From NCBI GenBank assembly GCA_018701255.1, contig JABIWM010000080.1:1-59622 (forward strand): DNA of 59,622 bases, read 5' to 3'. Position 1 is the first letter of the stretch. Each line of letters opens with the position of its first letter. The translations under genes were made by a program, and so were the position numbers. The DNA comes from Alphaproteobacteria bacterium. GTDB lineage: Bacteria > Pseudomonadota > Alphaproteobacteria > Puniceispirillales > UBA1172. A model generated the notes under the pieces. The model saw only the letters and a list, made by a program, of their open reading frames with translations. It was not told the origin of the DNA and did not search any database. Positions 51,859 through 59,622 of this stretch are shown here, in pieces.

Positions 51859-51883
51859 TAAAATAAAAAAAATAAAAAAAAAT
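51859..51883. other. 25-nt pure A/T tract in the rpsT-dnaA spacer
   Basis: TAAAATAAAAAAAATAAAAAAAAAT. It is the most AT-rich stretch of the 552-bp non-coding spacer. Confidence 0.7.
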
Positions 51884-51978
51884 GCGTCCATAAAATCAAT
51901 ACTTTGCAACCATAAGCCCGATAAAAAACATTGTTTATAAAAAGCTAATTCTGATCTGCTGACCGCGCTGTTGGGACA

Positions 51979-52082
51979 GATTCAAAGCGATCATATTTCA
52001 GAAAAGCTAACAGAATCAGTATCCGAATCAATCAAACCTAGAAAAGAGATCAATTCAGCTATCTGAAGCATTTTATCGAATC
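51979..52082. promoter_or_regulatory. cluster of four GANTC (CcrM-type methylation) sites
   Basis: GATTC at 51979, and GAATC at 52013, 52025 and 52078. That is four sites in 104 bp against about 0.4 expected by chance. Confidence 0.5.
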
Positions 52083-52123
52083 GCAACAAAGCCTGATACC
52101 GGAGGGGTTAACGGTACGAAGCA

Positions 52124-52153
52124 CAATAAAAAAGCCTGTCAAAAGACAGGCTT
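52124..52153 (-). terminator. intrinsic terminator of rpsT
   Basis: On the - strand: AGCCTGTC-TTTT-GACAGGCT followed by TTTTTTATT, beginning about 30 nt after the rpsT stop. Confidence 0.8.
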
Positions 52154-52181
52154 TCCTGAACGGGTAATATGTAACGGTCAA

Positions 52182-52448
52182 TTAAGCCGCTAAACCCTTA
52201 ATGGCTGCAGATAGCCGTGATAGCTTTCTGGAAATGGTGTTCTTGTGAAAGATGCCTCTGGTGACACCGCGATGCATTTCAGGCTGTGCCACTTTGAGTG
52301 CTTCGCGGGCAACTGTCTGATCACCGGTTGCAATAGCTGCTTCTACCTTTTTGATAAAGGTACGGATACGGCTACGGCGATCCCGATTGATTTCTTCAAA
52401 AGCTGCATTACGTCTGATGCGTTTTTTCGCTGATTTATGGTTGGCCAT
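52182..52448 (-). CDS. rpsT: 30S ribosomal protein S20
   Basis: 88 aa starting [14 protein letters not shown]..., with AGAGGA upstream. Confidence 0.95.
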   Translation of the reverse strand: MANHKSAKKRIRRNAAFEEINRDRRSRIRTFIKKVEAAIATGDQTVAREALKVAQPEMHRGVTRGIFHKNTISRKLSRLSAAIKGLAA

Positions 52449-52557
52449 GAACCAATCCTCTTACAAATATGTCTCAAGTTCGGCGTTAATGCCTTAAACT
52501 ACTGGCATTGTCAAGGGTTTCTGCAAATTTGGCTAGTATTGATACTAATGCCCATCC

Positions 52558-52908
52558 TTATTCTGGCATAATCGCAATTTTCCATAGATTTGCATCACCA
52601 ACCCGTGCCGCCGTAATCGTCAGCCGTTCGCTTTCGCGATTCCACATCAGATCAGCGGCCACAGACCACCCAAGCGGGATCAGTGCCATATCATAATACT
52701 CATGCAGAGCCGTTTTATCCGCCTTGCCAGATACATAAATAACGACAATTCGACCATCAGGGCTATCAAAAGCGAACCCCAAATCGCTTTCTATGGTCAT
52801 GGTTTCCATAATTGGAACGTCACCAATCCAGCGTTGTTGCGGGGTTTCTGCCAAAACAGGGGTGGCAAGCATCACGGCCAGCCATATCATTACTATGCGT
52901 ATCATCAT
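52558..52908 (-). CDS. small secreted protein of unknown function
   Basis: 116 aa with signal peptide MMIRIVMIWLAVMLATPVLA. No motif recognised. Confidence 0.55.
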   Translation of the reverse strand: MMIRIVMIWLAVMLATPVLAETPQQRWIGDVPIMETMTIESDLGFAFDSPDGRIVVIYVSGKADKTALHEYYDMALIPLGWSVAADLMWNRESERLTITAARVGDANLWKIAIMPE

Positions 52909-52919
52909 TCATTATTACC

Positions 52920-53786
52920 TTATCGTTGGCATTGAGAGCAATAAAAACTCGCACGGCCAGACTGTCTAATCATTTTTATCGGCTGGGCGCAATGGTGGCA
53001 AGGCTTACCTTCGCGGCCATATACATGCAATTGTTGCGCAAAATATCCTATTTCACCACCGGGTTGCACATGATCACGCAAGCTTGTTCCGCCGGCGGCA
53101 ATGGCCTGTTCCAGCACCTGCCGGACAGATCGGGTCAGATCATTTGCCTTGGCCTTGCTAATCCGGCTTGATTTCCGGCGCGGCGTTATTCCCGCCAGAT
53201 ATAAAGCTTCCGAGGCATAGATATTTCCAATGCCAGCCACAACATGCTGATCCAGAAGCACGGATTTAATCGGAGCTTGCCGCGTGGTTATGGCCGCATG
53301 CAAGGCATCACCATTCCATTGATTCCCCAACGGCTCCGGCCCCAGATTTTTGATCAGCGGATGCGCATCAACCGCATCTGCCGGTATTAATGCTACCCCG
53401 CCAAACCGTCTGGGGTCATTTAATACGGCGGTGATATGGCCATTCTTTTCACCGGACTGTTGACTATCACGGCAACCGATAATCAGATGATCATGTTTTT
53501 TTGGTATGATATCCGTGATGGGTTCAGGATAAATCCGGACAGACCCCGACATGCCAAGATGCAATATCAGGCATAAATCCTGTTGCCGCGTCTTCATTTC
53601 CATTACAATATATTTAGCACGCCGCCGCACATGTGTGATCATTGCCCCGTTTATCCGTTCTTCCAGATCAGACGGAATAGGCCAGCGCATGTTTTTGCCA
53701 GATGTAATGATATGATGGATCATTTTGCCTTTGACCGCTTCATCCAGTGCCGCTTTCACGGTTTCTACTTCTGGTAATTCTGGCAT
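52920..53786 (-). CDS. mutM: formamidopyrimidine-DNA glycosylase
   Basis: N-terminal MPELPEVET and the C-terminal zinc finger CHHC...CSQC. Confidence 0.95.
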   Translation of the reverse strand: MPELPEVETVKAALDEAVKGKMIHHIITSGKNMRWPIPSDLEERINGAMITHVRRRAKYIVMEMKTRQQDLCLILHLGMSGSVRIYPEPITDIIPKKHDHLIIGCRDSQQSGEKNGHITAVLNDPRRFGGVALIPADAVDAHPLIKNLGPEPLGNQWNGDALHAAITTRQAPIKSVLLDQHVVAGIGNIYASEALYLAGITPRRKSSRISKAKANDLTRSVRQVLEQAIAAGGTSLRDHVQPGGEIGYFAQQLHVYGREGKPCHHCAQPIKMIRQSGRASFYCSQCQR

Positions 53787-53828
53787 TATGCCCTTCCTTT
53801 ATTTATGGCACATGATATATGGTGAGGT

Positions 53829-54605
53829 ATGACCAAAACCAGCACCACAAACCCGTCTTCGGGTACTGATGACATGCTTGTTGATTTCGGTGATCAGCTT
53901 ATTCCAGCGTCAACGAAACAGCAACGTGTTAATGATGTTTTCCGTTCAGTAGCGTCATCATATGATGTGATGAACGATGTGATGAGCCTTGGTATCCATC
54001 GCCTGTGGAAAGACCAGTTAATGAACATGATCACGCCTGAACCGCATCACCAGCTGATTGATCTGGCTGGCGGAACAGGTGATATATCTGCCCGGTTTTT
54101 AAAACGCGGCGGCAAGGCGGCGGTGATTTGTGACATTAATACCAGCATGATGATGGCTGGCCGTGACCGGTCTGATCTGCAACATTTTGGTAAATCCGTG
54201 CAATGGCTGGCCGGCGATGCAAGCGCCCTGCCGCTGGTGGATTGCTCTGCTGATATCGTGACCATATCCTTCGGGCTTCGCAATGTAACCGATAGAGACG
54301 CGGCACTCAGAGAAGCTTTACGCATTCTTAAACCCGGCGGACGGTTTTACTGTCTGGAATTCAGCCATATCCGCAACCGGCCATTATCCGCCATGTATTC
54401 CATGTGGTCGGAAATCCTGCCCGGTATGGGGGCATTGATTGCTAATGATGCCGAATCCTATCGCTATCTGGTTGAATCCATTAAACGGTTTCCTGATCAG
54501 GAAACGCTGGCCACCATGATGGGCATGGCCGGTTTCGCCCGTGTCCGGCATCGCGACTTAAGTGGCGGAATCGCCGCCATTCATTGCGGATGGAAAGCAA
54601 GCTGA
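53829..54605 (+). CDS. ubiE: ubiquinone/menaquinone biosynthesis C-methyltransferase
   Basis: SAM motif DLAGGTGD, and the overall UbiE pattern (YDVMNDVMSLGIHRLWK). Confidence 0.9.
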   Translation: MTKTSTTNPSSGTDDMLVDFGDQLIPASTKQQRVNDVFRSVASSYDVMNDVMSLGIHRLWKDQLMNMITPEPHHQLIDLAGGTGDISARFLKRGGKAAVICDINTSMMMAGRDRSDLQHFGKSVQWLAGDASALPLVDCSADIVTISFGLRNVTDRDAALREALRILKPGGRFYCLEFSHIRNRPLSAMYSMWSEILPGMGALIANDAESYRYLVESIKRFPDQETLATMMGMAGFARVRHRDLSGGIAAIHCGWKAS

Positions 54606-56002
54606 TGGTCTGGCATATGCTAAAGCTGATGGTTTTAGCTTGTCGTTGCGGGATGGCAAAAACACTTTCCGGCCAGCTGCGCCAGCACCGGTTAATATTC
54701 GTTTTGTTACGCATCATTGATCTGGGTTTTTCCTATCAACGTGCGCGTTATTTGCATCAGCTACCTGACCGGCTTCACCGGCTTGGTGCCGGATATGTTA
54801 AACTTGGCCAGATGCTCGCCACCCGCGAAGATATCATCGGTACCGCCATGGCCGGACGGCTAGCCCGTTTGCATGATAATGTGATGCCGCCTTGCCCCGC
54901 CCGCATGAAACCATGGCTGAACCGGATTTCAGAACAAACCGGACTTATTTTTGCGCCAGACCCGATTGCCGCCGGTTCAGTCGCCGTTGTCTATAAGGCG
55001 CGTTTGCCAGACGGTACTTGTTTGGCGGTTAAGTTATTGCGGCCGGATATCAAAGCTGAGCTGATCCGTAACCTGCGGCTGATCAAACAGACATACCGGT
55101 TCGCGCAATGGCTTTTCCCCAAGCAACAGATCATCCAGCTTGATCAGGCGCTCGAACAATTTGGCCAGATCATTGATCAGGAATGCGATTTGCGCATCGA
55201 AGCGGATAATATGGCGCGATTTGCGCAGTCTATCAGAACACAGCCCGATATGATCAGCCCCGTGGTGCATTGGGAATATACCAACCGCGATATGCTGACC
55301 ATGAGCTACCATGACGGATATCAAATCACGGATATCACCCGCCTAAAACAATCAGGGCATGATCCGGCATATCTGGTTCAAACATTAACACAGCTCTATT
55401 TTCAACATATTTTTATTGATGGCTGGTTTCACGGTGATCCGCATCCGGGCAATATTCTGATTGATCCGGAAGGCCGGATGGTTTTTCTGGATTTCGGGCT
55501 GACCGGACAGCTTGATCACACCGCCAGACGGTTTCTGTTATCGGTCATGATAGGCATAAAGCACCGGCAGACCGCGTTATTAATCCGCTTGCATAAGCGC
55601 GCCGGCATGATCCCCGATAGCACCAATATGACAGCATTAACCGCCGCTATTGATCAGGTATTCATGCATAGCGCATCTGATGATAAAAGCGATGATATCT
55701 TTAGCCAGATAAAAGCCGTGTTCCATATCGCTAACCGTTTTGGTATCCGCGTTGCTCCATCATGGCCTGTTCTACACAAAACGCTGATCATGCTGGACGG
55801 GCTGATTCATAAAATGGCACCAGATGGTTATTCTGAAAAAACAATCGCCGACTGGTTCACCGATTATCTGTTGCGGGACATGAATGCCGCTTTTGTTCCT
55901 CTATCTATGGTGCCTGTTTTCATTGAATGGGATCAGGCCACTGACCATGTTTTGTTGAATATGTGGAAAAATAGCAATTTTCAGCAAAATAAGGCCGCCT
56001 GA
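54605..56002 (+). CDS. ubiB: ABC1/UbiB-family atypical kinase (ubiquinone biosynthesis)
   Basis: GAGYVKLGQMLATREDII, AAGSVAVVYKA and HGDPHPGNILI motifs. ORF 54584..56002. The ATG at 54605 overlaps the ubiE stop as TGATG. I saw no obvious C-terminal TM helices. Confidence 0.8.
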   Translation: MVWHMLKLMVLACRCGMAKTLSGQLRQHRLIFVLLRIIDLGFSYQRARYLHQLPDRLHRLGAGYVKLGQMLATREDIIGTAMAGRLARLHDNVMPPCPARMKPWLNRISEQTGLIFAPDPIAAGSVAVVYKARLPDGTCLAVKLLRPDIKAELIRNLRLIKQTYRFAQWLFPKQQIIQLDQALEQFGQIIDQECDLRIEADNMARFAQSIRTQPDMISPVVHWEYTNRDMLTMSYHDGYQITDITRLKQSGHDPAYLVQTLTQLYFQHIFIDGWFHGDPHPGNILIDPEGRMVFLDFGLTGQLDHTARRFLLSVMIGIKHRQTALLIRLHKRAGMIPDSTNMTALTAAIDQVFMHSASDDKSDDIFSQIKAVFHIANRFGIRVAPSWPVLHKTLIMLDGLIHKMAPDGYSEKTIADWFTDYLLRDMNAAFVPLSMVPVFIEWDQATDHVLLNMWKNSNFQQNKAA

Positions 56003-56012
56003 CTTTACATTT

Positions 56013-56052
56013 TGTGAAATCATATTCATAATCTATTCACAAGATGTGAAAT
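56013..56052. promoter_or_regulatory. three TGTGAA(A)T repeats (two direct, one inverted) upstream of coaBC
   Basis: TGTGAAAT at 56013-56020 and 56045-56052, and ATTCACA (inverted) at 56035-56041. All lie within 60 nt upstream of the ATG at 56072. Confidence 0.5.
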
Positions 56053-56071
56053 ATAACGGATATACAGCATT

Positions 56072-57535
56072 ATGGATATGGATGCGATTATTGATGCGCT
56101 TGGCGGCGCCACGCAAGTTCAAACCCTGTTAGGGGTTGGCCCCAGCGCGGTTAGCAATTACCGGGCGCGTGGCCAGTTTCCAGAATATGCAAGAGTGCGC
56201 ATCTGGCAGGCATTAAAAGCACGCGGGGTTACGGTTGATCCGGAAACCCTTGCCTTTGCCGATAAAATCAGCACTGGTGATGCCAAAACCGGACAGCATA
56301 GCCCCCATCCGAAAATAATTCCGAAATCACCACAAATCCTGCTGATCATCAGCGGCGGTATTGCGGCCTATAAATCGCTTGAGCTGATCCGCCGGATTAA
56401 GGATAAAGGCTGGCAGGTGCGATGTATCATGACCGCATCTGCCGAACAATTCATCACTCCGTTATCGGTATCGGCGTTGAGCGGCCAGACAACCTATACC
56501 CAGCTCTTTTCGCTGACAGACGAAGCAGAAATGGGGCATATCCGGCTAGCCAGAGAAGCCGATGCCATTGTTGTTGCACCGGCCACCGCGAATATCATGG
56601 CAAAAGCCGCTTATGGGCTGGCTGATGATCTGGCTAGCACGGTGTTGCTTGCCAGTGATGCCCCGTTATTGATGGCACCGGCCATGAATCCCTTTATGTG
56701 GGCGCATCCCGCCACTCAAGCCAATCAGCGGCAATTGCATATGCGTGGGGTGCGTTTTATCGGGCCTGATAGTGGTGATATGGCATGTGGCGAAGACGGT
56801 GCCGGACGGCTGGCTGACATTCCCATGATCATTGATGCTATTGACCGGATTCTGCCGGGGCAAGGCGCGCTTAATGGCATGACAGCATTAGTCACATCGG
56901 GCCCCACGCATGAGCCAATTGACCGTGTTCGCTATATTGCCAACCGGTCATCCGGCAAGCAAGGCCATGCCATCGCCACGGCACTTGCGCGTCAGGGGGC
57001 AAAAGTAACGCTAATATCCGGCCCGGTTGATATACCGCCACCAGCAGGGGTGCATCTGGTTGCCGTTGAAACCGCCCAGCAAATGCATACCGCCGCGCTT
57101 GCCGCTATGCCGGCAGATATTGCTATTTGTGCGGCGGCGGTTGGTGATTTTTCGGTGGCTGACGCGGCTAGCCATAAAATCAAGAAAACCGGTGATAATG
57201 ATGCACCAAGCCTGACGTTGCGGCAAAACCCTGATATTCTGGCAACCATAGCGGCGCATCAGATGCGGCCACGGCTAGTCATTGGCTTTGCCGCAGAAAC
57301 CGATGATGTGGTAAATTATGCCACGGCCAAACGGCTTCGCAAAAAAGCGGACTGGATTCTGGCTAATGATGTCGGGCAGGATGATAAACCTGTTTTCGGA
57401 AGTGAGCATAATATGGTGCATCTGGTGACCGAATATGGGGTTGAACCATGGCCGGAAATGTCAAAAACTGATTTAGCTGATCAGCTAGTCAAACGCATTG
57501 CCAAAGACCTCACGGCGAAGGAGATATCTGTATGA
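56072..57535 (+). CDS. coaBC: phosphopantothenoylcysteine decarboxylase / phosphopantothenate-cysteine ligase with an ~85-aa N-terminal Cro/YdaS-like HTH extension
   Basis: The CoaC motif GGIAAYK starts at residue ~95. PAMN and the CoaB motif SSGKQG are present. Residues 1-60 ([32 protein letters not shown]...) look like a Cro/YdaS HTH. No in-frame ATG exists between residue 3 and the CoaC core. Confidence 0.85.
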   Translation: MDMDAIIDALGGATQVQTLLGVGPSAVSNYRARGQFPEYARVRIWQALKARGVTVDPETLAFADKISTGDAKTGQHSPHPKIIPKSPQILLIISGGIAAYKSLELIRRIKDKGWQVRCIMTASAEQFITPLSVSALSGQTTYTQLFSLTDEAEMGHIRLAREADAIVVAPATANIMAKAAYGLADDLASTVLLASDAPLLMAPAMNPFMWAHPATQANQRQLHMRGVRFIGPDSGDMACGEDGAGRLADIPMIIDAIDRILPGQGALNGMTALVTSGPTHEPIDRVRYIANRSSGKQGHAIATALARQGAKVTLISGPVDIPPPAGVHLVAVETAQQMHTAALAAMPADIAICAAAVGDFSVADAASHKIKKTGDNDAPSLTLRQNPDILATIAAHQMRPRLVIGFAAETDDVVNYATAKRLRKKADWILANDVGQDDKPVFGSEHNMVHLVTEYGVEPWPEMSKTDLADQLVKRIAKDLTAKEISV

Positions 57536-58011
57536 ACCCGCATCATTCCGCACATATGCCAGAATTAAACATCATGCCGTTGCCGCATCACGCTGGCCTG
57601 CCCATGCCGGCATATCAGACAGCATCAGCGGCAGGGATGGATTTAGCGGCGGCTATTGATGCCGATATCATGCTTGAACCAGCTCAGCGTCTGGCCATTG
57701 CAACCGGTCTGGCCATGGCTATTCCTGATGGATACGAAGGTCAGGTCAGACCACGATCCGGTCTTGCCGCCAAACATGGCGTTACCGTTGCCAATGCACC
57801 GGGCACAATTGATGCCGATTACAGAGGTGAGATTCTGGTCATTCTGATTAATCTGGGCGATGCCCCCCTCACTATCACTCGCGGGATGCGCATAGCACAG
57901 CTGATTATTGCCCCTGTATCACAAGCCAGAATTAACATAGTCGAACAGCTGGATGATACCATACGCGGCGATGGCGGATTTGGTTCAACCGGCATAACCA
58001 CATCAGAATAG
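57532..58011 (+). CDS. dut: dUTP diphosphatase
   Basis: [18 protein letters not shown] and [10 protein letters not shown] motifs. ATGA overlap with coaBC. Confidence 0.95.
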   Translation: MNPHHSAHMPELNIMPLPHHAGLPMPAYQTASAAGMDLAAAIDADIMLEPAQRLAIATGLAMAIPDGYEGQVRPRSGLAAKHGVTVANAPGTIDADYRGEILVILINLGDAPLTITRGMRIAQLIIAPVSQARINIVEQLDDTIRGDGGFGSTGITTSE

Positions 58012-58038
58012 GGATATGCCGCATGATGAGGAAAAACA

Positions 58039-58821
58039 ATGACGTTAAGTGATGATGATCTTTATCGTTATGCGCGCCAGCTGATTTTAAACGGTATGAC
58101 AGAAACCCATCAGCGGCGTTTGCTAGACGCGCATATTCTGCTGGTCGGGGCAGGTGGGCTGGGCGCGCCTGCGCTATTATATATGGCGGCGGCTGGCATT
58201 GGGCATATTACGGTGATGGATGGTGATGTCGTGGATGCCACAAATCTGAACCGCCAGATTTGCTTTACCGCCGATGATATCGGAAAACCGAAAGCTAGCA
58301 CTGCGGCCGAAGCCGCGCGAAAATGTAACCCTGCACTTACAATCACCGCCATTGATGAATGGCTGGATCATGCCGCCGCGGATCAAATCATTACCAAAGA
58401 CATGATTGTTGCCGATGCCACCGATCAGGCGGCTACACGGGTGCTGATCAATCAGGCCTGTCATGATCATGGCGCGGTCATGGTATTTGCCGGTGCTAGC
58501 CGGTTTGAAGGCCAGATAGCCAGCTTCCGGTCTGGGCTGAATGCTGATATGCCCTGTTTTTCATGTCTGTTTCCGGATATCAGCGGCACCAGCCAGATAC
58601 CCCGTTGTTCCGAGGTCGGTATTCTGGGGCCAGTTACCGGCATGATAGGCAGCTTGATGGCGATGGAAGTCATGCGCCAGTGTTTATGGCCAGATCAAGT
58701 ATTCGGCCGTAATTTATCTGGCCAGCTGATGCTGTATGACGGACTTGATCATCATATGCAGACGATAACCGTGAATAAACGTCCGGATTGTCCGGTTTGT
58801 TCATCCGGCACAACGCATTAG
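58039..58821 (+). CDS. moeB: HesA/MoeB/ThiF-family adenylyltransferase (molybdopterin-synthase adenylyltransferase-like)
   Basis: LLVGAGGLGAP nucleotide loop and two CxxC pairs (CFSC, CPVC). Confidence 0.8.
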   Translation: MTLSDDDLYRYARQLILNGMTETHQRRLLDAHILLVGAGGLGAPALLYMAAAGIGHITVMDGDVVDATNLNRQICFTADDIGKPKASTAAEAARKCNPALTITAIDEWLDHAAADQIITKDMIVADATDQAATRVLINQACHDHGAVMVFAGASRFEGQIASFRSGLNADMPCFSCLFPDISGTSQIPRCSEVGILGPVTGMIGSLMAMEVMRQCLWPDQVFGRNLSGQLMLYDGLDHHMQTITVNKRPDCPVCSSGTTH

Positions 58822-59622
58822 ATCATGCCGTCAATGACGCGATCCGGCGGCGAATGGCCGTCAATATAGGTGCGGATATTGATAATCACCTTATCACCCA
58901 TGCTCAGCCGGCCTTCTATGGTGGCAGAACCGATATGCGGCAATAGCACCACATTAGGCATGGCCATCAAAGCGTTGGTAATGTCTGGCTCATTTTCATA
59001 AACGTCTAGCCCGGCGCCTGCGATTTGACCCTGTGCCAGCAATTCGGTCAGCGCCGTTTCATCCACGACACCGCCACGCGCGGCATTCACCAGATAAGAA
59101 TGATTAGGCATTTTGCTCAACCGGTCACGCGATAACAAATGATGGGTTTCCGGCGTATAAGGACAATTAATAGAAATAATATCCATCCGCGAGATCATCT
59201 GATCAATATCCTGCCAGTACGTTGCCTCAAGCTCTTGCTCAATTTCCGGATGAACAGGATGGCGATTGTGATAATGAATAGACATGCCAAAACCACGCGC
59301 GCGTCTGGCCACGGCCTGACCAATGCGGCCTAAACCGATAATACCAAGCCGTTTGCCATTAATGCGATGGCCAAGCATGCCGGTTGGCGCCCAGCCGTTC
59401 CATTTTCCACTTCGGACAAGTGCATCACCTTCGGCTAGTCGGCGCGGTACCGATAGAATAAGCGACATCACAACATCAGCGGTATCTTCGGTTAAAACAC
59501 CAGGGGTGTTTGTGACAATAATACCGGCCTTGCGGGCAGCTTTCAGATCAATGTGATCAACACCAGTTCCAAAAGACGCAATCAGCTTGAGTTGCGATCC
59601 TGCGGCAGAAATAATTTCTTCA
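58818..59622 (-). CDS. D-2-hydroxyacid dehydrogenase (glyoxylate/hydroxypyruvate reductase-like), 5' end outside the window
   Basis: NAD loop GIIGLGRIGQAVARRA. The frame stays open upstream of the listed Met (...EEIISAAGSQLKLIASFGTGVDHIDLKAARKAGIIVTNTPGVLTEDTADVVMSLIL...) to the window edge. Confidence 0.85.
   Translation of the reverse strand, partial: EEIISAAGSQLKLIASFGTGVDHIDLKAARKAGIIVTNTPGVLTEDTADVVMSLILSVPRRLAEGDALVRSGKWNGWAPTGMLGHRINGKRLGIIGLGRIGQAVARRARGFGMSIHYHNRHPVHPEIEQELEATYWQDIDQMISRMDIISINCPYTPETHHLLSRDRLSKMPNHSYLVNAARGGVVDETALTELLAQGQIAGAGLDVYENEPDITNALMAMPNVVLLPHIGSATIEGRLSMGDKVIINIRTYIDGHSPPDRVIDGMI

Noticed and set aside
51630-52181. Calling this spacer oriC.
   Set aside because: By eye I found no TTATCCACA-type DnaA boxes, not even CCACA/TGTGG cores. 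In many alphaproteobacteria the origin is not next to dnaA. I kept it only as a regulatory-region observation. A computational DnaA-box scan and GC skew would decide.

Overview
This is a 59.6 kb chromosomal segment. I saw no rRNA, tRNA, CRISPR array, transposase or integrase. The gene order (hslO-argF-argD, regB-regA, gyrB-recF-dnaN-dnaA-rpsT-mutM diverging from ubiE-ubiB-coaBC-dut-moeB) looks like the dnaA-proximal region of a moderate-GC alphaproteobacterium; that assignment is inference. The window has two parts. Part 1 (1-26.6 kb) is a dense, accessory-looking catabolic and transport locus. It holds an aldehyde dehydrogenase, RidA, an alpha/beta hydrolase, an amidase, a TSUP membrane protein, XdhC plus a MocA-like Mo-cofactor maturation pair, and a ferredoxin-NADP reductase. 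Its core is a translationally coupled operon: a xanthine-dehydrogenase-family hydroxylase (FAD subunit plus fused 2Fe2S/MoCo subunit), a Cys-rich Fe-S protein resembling 6-hydroxynicotinate reductase, an ApbE-like UPF0280 protein, and a PF06684 'amino acid synthesis' family protein (a second paralog starts at 3109). The locus also has a MarR regulator, a 5-gene HAAT-type ABC importer headed by an unknown ~12-TM membrane protein, and HyuA/HyuB. I read this as an uncharacterised reductive N-heterocycle (nicotinate-like) degradation system, with a shared TTNGTAYACAWA operator-like motif in four promoter regions. Part 2 (26.7-59.6 kb) is housekeeping. It is interrupted by a three-gene module: a poly-Gly-tethered subtilase lipoprotein, a TPR + beta-barrel outer-membrane protein, and an orphan LuxR-type regulator preceded by a perfect 20-bp palindrome. 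It also contains an unusual Cro/YdaS-like HTH fused to CoaBC, with TGTGAA repeats upstream. Every functional name here comes from recognising motifs and families by eye; no database search was possible.
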